64,000 bases of DNA from Bacteroidota bacterium (GTDB taxonomy: Bacteria > Bacteroidota > Bacteroidia > JAFLBG01): NCBI GenBank assembly GCA_017303975.1, contig JAFLBG010000006.1, positions 23,126 to 87,125 of the forward strand, given 5' to 3'. A model generated the notes under the pieces. That model did no database searches, had not been told where the DNA came from, and worked only from the letters and a program-made list of their open reading frames with translations. Below, piece after piece: positions 60,195 to 64,000 of the stretch. Each line of letters begins with the position of its first letter. Position 1 is the first letter of the stretch. Position numbers and translations under genes: made by a program.

Positions 60195-60501
60195 TTCTAT
60201 TAATAATTAATGAATTTATTGCGAAAGTGGTTTATTGGTGACTACTTATCAAAAACAGATAGTGTCTTTTGATAGAGCGAAAATATTGTTACTTTATAAT
60301 TTCTCGATATACTATCTCTTATTGGAATCCATTTTTTATGCGAATTTAATTGTAAATAAAGTTTGGCATCATGTTTATATGGTTTCATTTGCATTCTCAG
60401 CTTTACTTTCTGTTCCTTTTTTTTTAGCTATTTAGGTTCTCTGTTTTTTTTAAACAAGAGAAAAGACAGAAGTACAAATAAACAATCAGCGCTTACAACT
60501 C

Positions 60502-61278
60502 TTGGAAAAAAACGAAGAAATTATTTCCAGTATATCGTATGCTCAACAGATTCAAAATGCAGTGCTTCCATTTCAGCATACCATCGATGCTATAATTCCT
60601 AATTCATTTATCCTGTATAAGCCTCGAGGTATTGTTAGTGGAGATTTTTATTGGTTACATGAAATAAATAAGGATAATTATATTATTGTTTGTGCTGATT
60701 GTACCGGCCATGGTGTTCCAGGAGCCTTTATGACTTTTATAGGAAATAATTCATTATCGCAAATTGTAGTTGAAGGTAAAACTACAGAGCCAGTTCAAAT
60801 ACTTACTGAACTTGATAAAAAAATAACAGCAACATTGAAACAAGAAAAAGCTACGTTAGCTTTAGTTCAAGACGGTATGGACCTTTCACTTTTAAAGGTC
60901 AATAAAGAAACAAAAGAATTTATTTTTACTTCGGCTAAACGTTCTGCAATACTTATAAGAAATACCGGTGAGCTGCAAGAATTAAAGGGAAGTAAATTCT
61001 CTTTGGGTGGCATTCATGTTGCGGAAAAGCTCTTCTACGAACAGCAAATAAAGTATAAAGAAGGTGACATGATATATTTATTTACAGATGGATACATAGA
61101 TCAATTTGGAGTAAAAAGCGATAAAAAATTCATGATTAAACGGTTTAGAGAACTATTGTCAACAATTTATCATTTGCCGCTTAATGAGCAAAGACAAAAA
61201 TTGGAATTTGTAATTGAACAATGGAAAGGTAATATTCAACAAACAGATGACATATTAGTGATGGGAATAAAATTGTAA
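60502..61278 (+). CDS. Stand-alone PP2C/SpoIIE-type phosphatase domain protein. N-terminally truncated paralog that lacks the membrane sensor domain
   Basis: SpoIIE motifs VSGDFYWLHE, CADCTGHGVPGAFMT, FTDGYIDQFG, DDILVMGIKL. The first codon is TTG and the frame stays open back to 60454 with no ATG. Confidence 0.55.
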   Translation: MEKNEEIISSISYAQQIQNAVLPFQHTIDAIIPNSFILYKPRGIVSGDFYWLHEINKDNYIIVCADCTGHGVPGAFMTFIGNNSLSQIVVEGKTTEPVQILTELDKKITATLKQEKATLALVQDGMDLSLLKVNKETKEFIFTSAKRSAILIRNTGELQELKGSKFSLGGIHVAEKLFYEQQIKYKEGDMIYLFTDGYIDQFGVKSDKKFMIKRFRELLSTIYHLPLNEQRQKLEFVIEQWKGNIQQTDDILVMGIKL

Positions 61279-61360
61279 CTGCTATTTTACTTACTTCAAA
61301 TTTCACTAACTTTAATATTAGTTATCATTCAACATAAACAGAAAATACATTATTAATTTT

Positions 61361-61561
61361 TATACCGATGGCTGTACCGATCAGTTTGGAGGGCCGGAAG
61401 TGAAAAAATATTAAAGTAAGCGATTTCGCGAATTGTTATTTGCCATTCATACTTACCCCATGGGCGAACAAAAAAAGGATATGGATAAAGCCATAAAAGA
61501 GTGAAAGGGGGGTGTTGAACAGATTGATAATATACAGCTTATTGGAATTAAATTTAAAATG
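61361..61561 (+). pseudogene. Degraded 3' remnant of a further PP2C/SpoIIE paralog
   Basis: Translates, with frameshifts and stops, to YTDGCTDQFGGPEVKKY*, KRFRELLFAIHTYPMGEQKKDMDKAIKE* and QLIGIKFKM. These are collinear with the C-terminal 70 aa of the flanking paralogs. Confidence 0.55.
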
Positions 61562-61562
61562 A

Positions 61563-62969
61563 ATGAATCTGAATCAGTTTATTGAAAAGCTTGTTTACAA
61601 AGAAGAGCTAAAAACGTCTGAACTAAAGAGAAAAGGAGTTTTTTTTCAAAGCACGTTGCTTTTATTTGCAATTATCAATGTAGCACTTACAGTCTACATG
61701 GCTCCTAAAGTTCCTAAGGAACAAACATTGCTTTTTATCTCCAAAATGACCTTTGTAACGTTTGCCATATTGGCGTTAATTACCGTGTATAAATATTTTG
61801 GCAAAAGAATTTTGTTGGTTAATACGATGGGGTTAATAGTAGGGATGGGAGTATTAGACACCTATCAATATTCGGGAGGTATTTATTCTCCCGATATGAT
61901 TTGGTATATGATTGCCTTGCCTGCATGGTTTTTATTGGTGGGTAATAAACCTACATTTTATGTTTGGTTTACATTTGGTGTTATAACTGCATTATTCTAT
62001 GTATATGCCGACATCAACCACTTTCGTGATTTTTTTAATGAAAGTCCCAGGAGCGGAACTTACATATTTATGAATATCTTTTTTGCAAGTGGGATGGTGT
62101 TTGTGATTTTGCTCATTAACGAATCAAATGTGGAAAAAAGTAGGAATGAGGTTATACTGGCAAAAGCGGAGCTAGAATTAAAAAGTATTCAGCTCGAAAA
62201 TAAAAACGAAGATATTGTTTCCAGCATCAATTATGCCAAGCGAATCCAGTACGCCATTTTACCACACGAGGAATCATTGGCTAAAATTCTTCCGCTTGCA
62301 TTTATTTTGTATAAACCCAAAGATATTGTAAGTGGCGATTTTTATTGGTTGCACGAATTAGATAGAGATAATTATGTTTTAGCCTGTGCCGATTGTACAG
62401 GCCATGGTGTACCCGGTGCATTTATGACAGTAATAGGCAGCAATTCCCTTTCCCAGATTGTGGCAGAAAATAAAATTACCCAACCCGCACAAATATTGCA
62501 GGAGCTCGACAAAAAAATAACATTTACACTAAAACAAGATAAATCTCGTACAGCCATGGTGCAGGACGGAATGGACTTGGCGTTGATAAAAGTAGATAAA
62601 CATAAAAAAGAGTTAGTATATGCATCTGCAAAACGCTCCGCTATTTTAATCCGCAATAATCAAATTCAGGAATTTAAGGGAAGCAAGCTTTCTTTAGGTG
62701 GTATGCAAAGTGGCGATAAGCATTTTGAAGAAGTAAAAATAAAGTTGGAAGAAGATGATATGGTGTATTTATTTACCGATGGCTATATCGATCAGTTTGG
62801 AGGACCGAGCAATAAAAAATTTATGATTAAGCAATTCAGAGATTTGCTACTCTCTATTCATCATCTTTCCTTGCAAGAACAACGTAGTAAGCTAGATAAT
62901 GCAATTGAACAATGGAAAGGACCAGGCCTACAAACGGATGATATGCTGGTAATTGGAATACGGTTTTAG
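61563..62969 (+). CDS. Membrane-anchored PP2C/SpoIIE-type Ser/Thr phosphatase (5-6 TM N-terminal domain)
   Basis: Hydrophobic N-terminal half, a coiled-coil linker, then a SpoIIE domain (VSGDFYWLHE...CADCTGHGVPGAFMTVIGS...DDMLVIGIRF). Confidence 0.8.
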   Translation: MNLNQFIEKLVYKEELKTSELKRKGVFFQSTLLLFAIINVALTVYMAPKVPKEQTLLFISKMTFVTFAILALITVYKYFGKRILLVNTMGLIVGMGVLDTYQYSGGIYSPDMIWYMIALPAWFLLVGNKPTFYVWFTFGVITALFYVYADINHFRDFFNESPRSGTYIFMNIFFASGMVFVILLINESNVEKSRNEVILAKAELELKSIQLENKNEDIVSSINYAKRIQYAILPHEESLAKILPLAFILYKPKDIVSGDFYWLHELDRDNYVLACADCTGHGVPGAFMTVIGSNSLSQIVAENKITQPAQILQELDKKITFTLKQDKSRTAMVQDGMDLALIKVDKHKKELVYASAKRSAILIRNNQIQEFKGSKLSLGGMQSGDKHFEEVKIKLEEDDMVYLFTDGYIDQFGGPSNKKFMIKQFRDLLLSIHHLSLQEQRSKLDNAIEQWKGPGLQTDDMLVIGIRF

Positions 62970-63045
62970 TGATTTTTTCTCTCCTTTTCTTTTTCTAACT
63001 TTATCCTTCAATCTTTATAATGTTCATACTTAAAACTCACTATAT

Positions 63046-64000
63046 ATGTCAACAGGATTTTTCAAAGTACCAGCCGCAGTAAACGAACCTATTAAAAATT
63101 ATGCTCCGGGAAGCCCTGAACGTAAAGAGCTTCAGGCAATGCTAAAGCAATTGCGCTCTAAACAGGTTGATATTCCGATGTATATTGGCGATAAAGAAGT
63201 GCGAAGTGGTAATAAAATTCGATTGGCTCCACCACACGATCATAAACATACGTTAGGTTATTTTCATAAAAGCGATAAAAAGCATGTAACACAAGCTATT
63301 CAAGCTGCATTGGCTGCTAAAGAAAAATGGCAAAATTTATCATGGGAAAATCGCGCCACTATATTTTTGAAAGCAGCAGAGCTAATTGCAGGGCCTTATA
63401 GAGCAAAGTTAAATGCTGCAACCATGTTGGGGCAAAGTAAAAATGCATTTCAAGCAGAGATTGATTCTGCTTGCGAGATAATTGATTTCTTGCGCTACAA
63501 TGTGCAGTTTATGACGGAAATTTATGCGGAGCAACCTGTTTCCTCTCCCGGAATTTGGAATCGTATGGAATGGCGACCATTAGAAGGTTTTATCTACGCT
63601 CTTACACCATTTAATTTTACTGCTATTGCGGGTAACTTGCCTACATCGTGCGCAATGATGGGTAATGTCGTAGTTTGGAAGCCAAGCAATACACAAGTTT
63701 ACGCTGCTAATGTGTTAATGGAAATATTTAAAAAAGCTGGTGTGCCGGATGGTGTTATTAACCTTATTTATCCAAGCGGCCCTGATGCAGCGGATGTAAT
63801 TTTTAAACACAGAGATTTTGCCGGAATTCATTTTACAGGTTCTACTGAAGTGTTTCAAAATATTTGGCAAACAATAGGAAATAATATTCATATGTATCGT
63901 TCGTATCCACGTATAGTGGGCGAAACAGGAGGTAAAGATTTTATTGTGGCTCATAAAAGTGCAGATGCAAATGTGTTAGCTACAGCTATTTCTCGCGGTG
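63046..64000 (+). CDS. pruA: L-glutamate gamma-semialdehyde (1-pyrroline-5-carboxylate) dehydrogenase, partial (3' end outside window)
   Basis: Aldehyde dehydrogenase fold with the P5CDH-type N-terminus (FKVPAAVNEPIKNYAPGSPER) and the catalytic-region GETGGKDF motif. No stop before the window end. Confidence 0.8.
   Translation, partial: MSTGFFKVPAAVNEPIKNYAPGSPERKELQAMLKQLRSKQVDIPMYIGDKEVRSGNKIRLAPPHDHKHTLGYFHKSDKKHVTQAIQAALAAKEKWQNLSWENRATIFLKAAELIAGPYRAKLNAATMLGQSKNAFQAEIDSACEIIDFLRYNVQFMTEIYAEQPVSSPGIWNRMEWRPLEGFIYALTPFNFTAIAGNLPTSCAMMGNVVVWKPSNTQVYAANVLMEIFKKAGVPDGVINLIYPSGPDAADVIFKHRDFAGIHFTGSTEVFQNIWQTIGNNIHMYRSYPRIVGETGGKDFIVAHKSADANVLATAISRG

Noticed and set aside
60363-60602. 79-aa ORF overlapping the start of the truncated PP2C gene
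   Set aside because: It is out of frame with the PP2C domain and runs through it. I read it as part of the frameshifted remnant of the lost N-terminal membrane domain rather than a gene.
1-64000. CRISPR arrays, rRNA/tRNA genes, transposases or integrases
   Set aside because: There are no regularly spaced direct repeats, no tRNA-like GTTCGAATCC/T-loop segments, no rRNA-like GC-rich blocks, and no ORF with DDE or tyrosine-recombinase motifs.

Overview
This 64-kb window looks like low-GC (~33%) Bacteroidota chromosome. Two tandem proteins end in the T9SS/CHU_C-type C-terminal sorting domain and carry SprB repeats. 'TAnnTTTG' -7 promoter boxes are present, Shine-Dalgarno sites are absent, and start codons often sit within a few nt of the preceding stop. 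Most of the window is core housekeeping: yajC, nusB, a Leu/Glu dehydrogenase, rnhB, an MsbA-like ABC exporter, a System-I cytochrome c maturation cluster (ccmBCD-x-EF), dapA, aroB-aroA, hpt-adk, hutH-hisS, TrmH/SpoU methyltransferases, proline catabolism genes (PRODH, and P5CDH cut by the window end), and a ClC channel. Several accessory or unusual islets sit among these. (1) A secreted TPR-caspase (CHAT-like) protein abutting a beta-propeller(Reg_prop/Y_Y_Y)-TM-PP2C(SpoIIE) sensor phosphatase. (2) A second locus with tandem PP2C paralogs, including an N-terminally truncated copy and a short pseudogene remnant. (3) A HigB/HigA toxin-antitoxin pair. (4) An island of small stress genes (3x SRPBCC/AHSA1, a TfoX_N protein, a divergent HxlR regulator) bounded by three copies of a ~100-bp palindromic repeat with terminal inverted hairpins. 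(5) An outer-membrane beta-barrel with an N-terminal ComEA-like helix-hairpin-helix domain, cotranscribed with a PorV/FadL-like barrel. (6) A glycosyltransferase-HAD phosphatase fusion resembling compatible-solute (glycosyl-glycerate type) synthase/phosphatase enzymes. (7) Tandemly duplicated T9SS-sorted SprB-repeat adhesin paralogs with near-identical termini. I found no CRISPR array, rRNA, tRNA, transposase or integrase. Every functional call rests on motifs I recognise in the translated ORFs and on gene order; none could be checked against a database.
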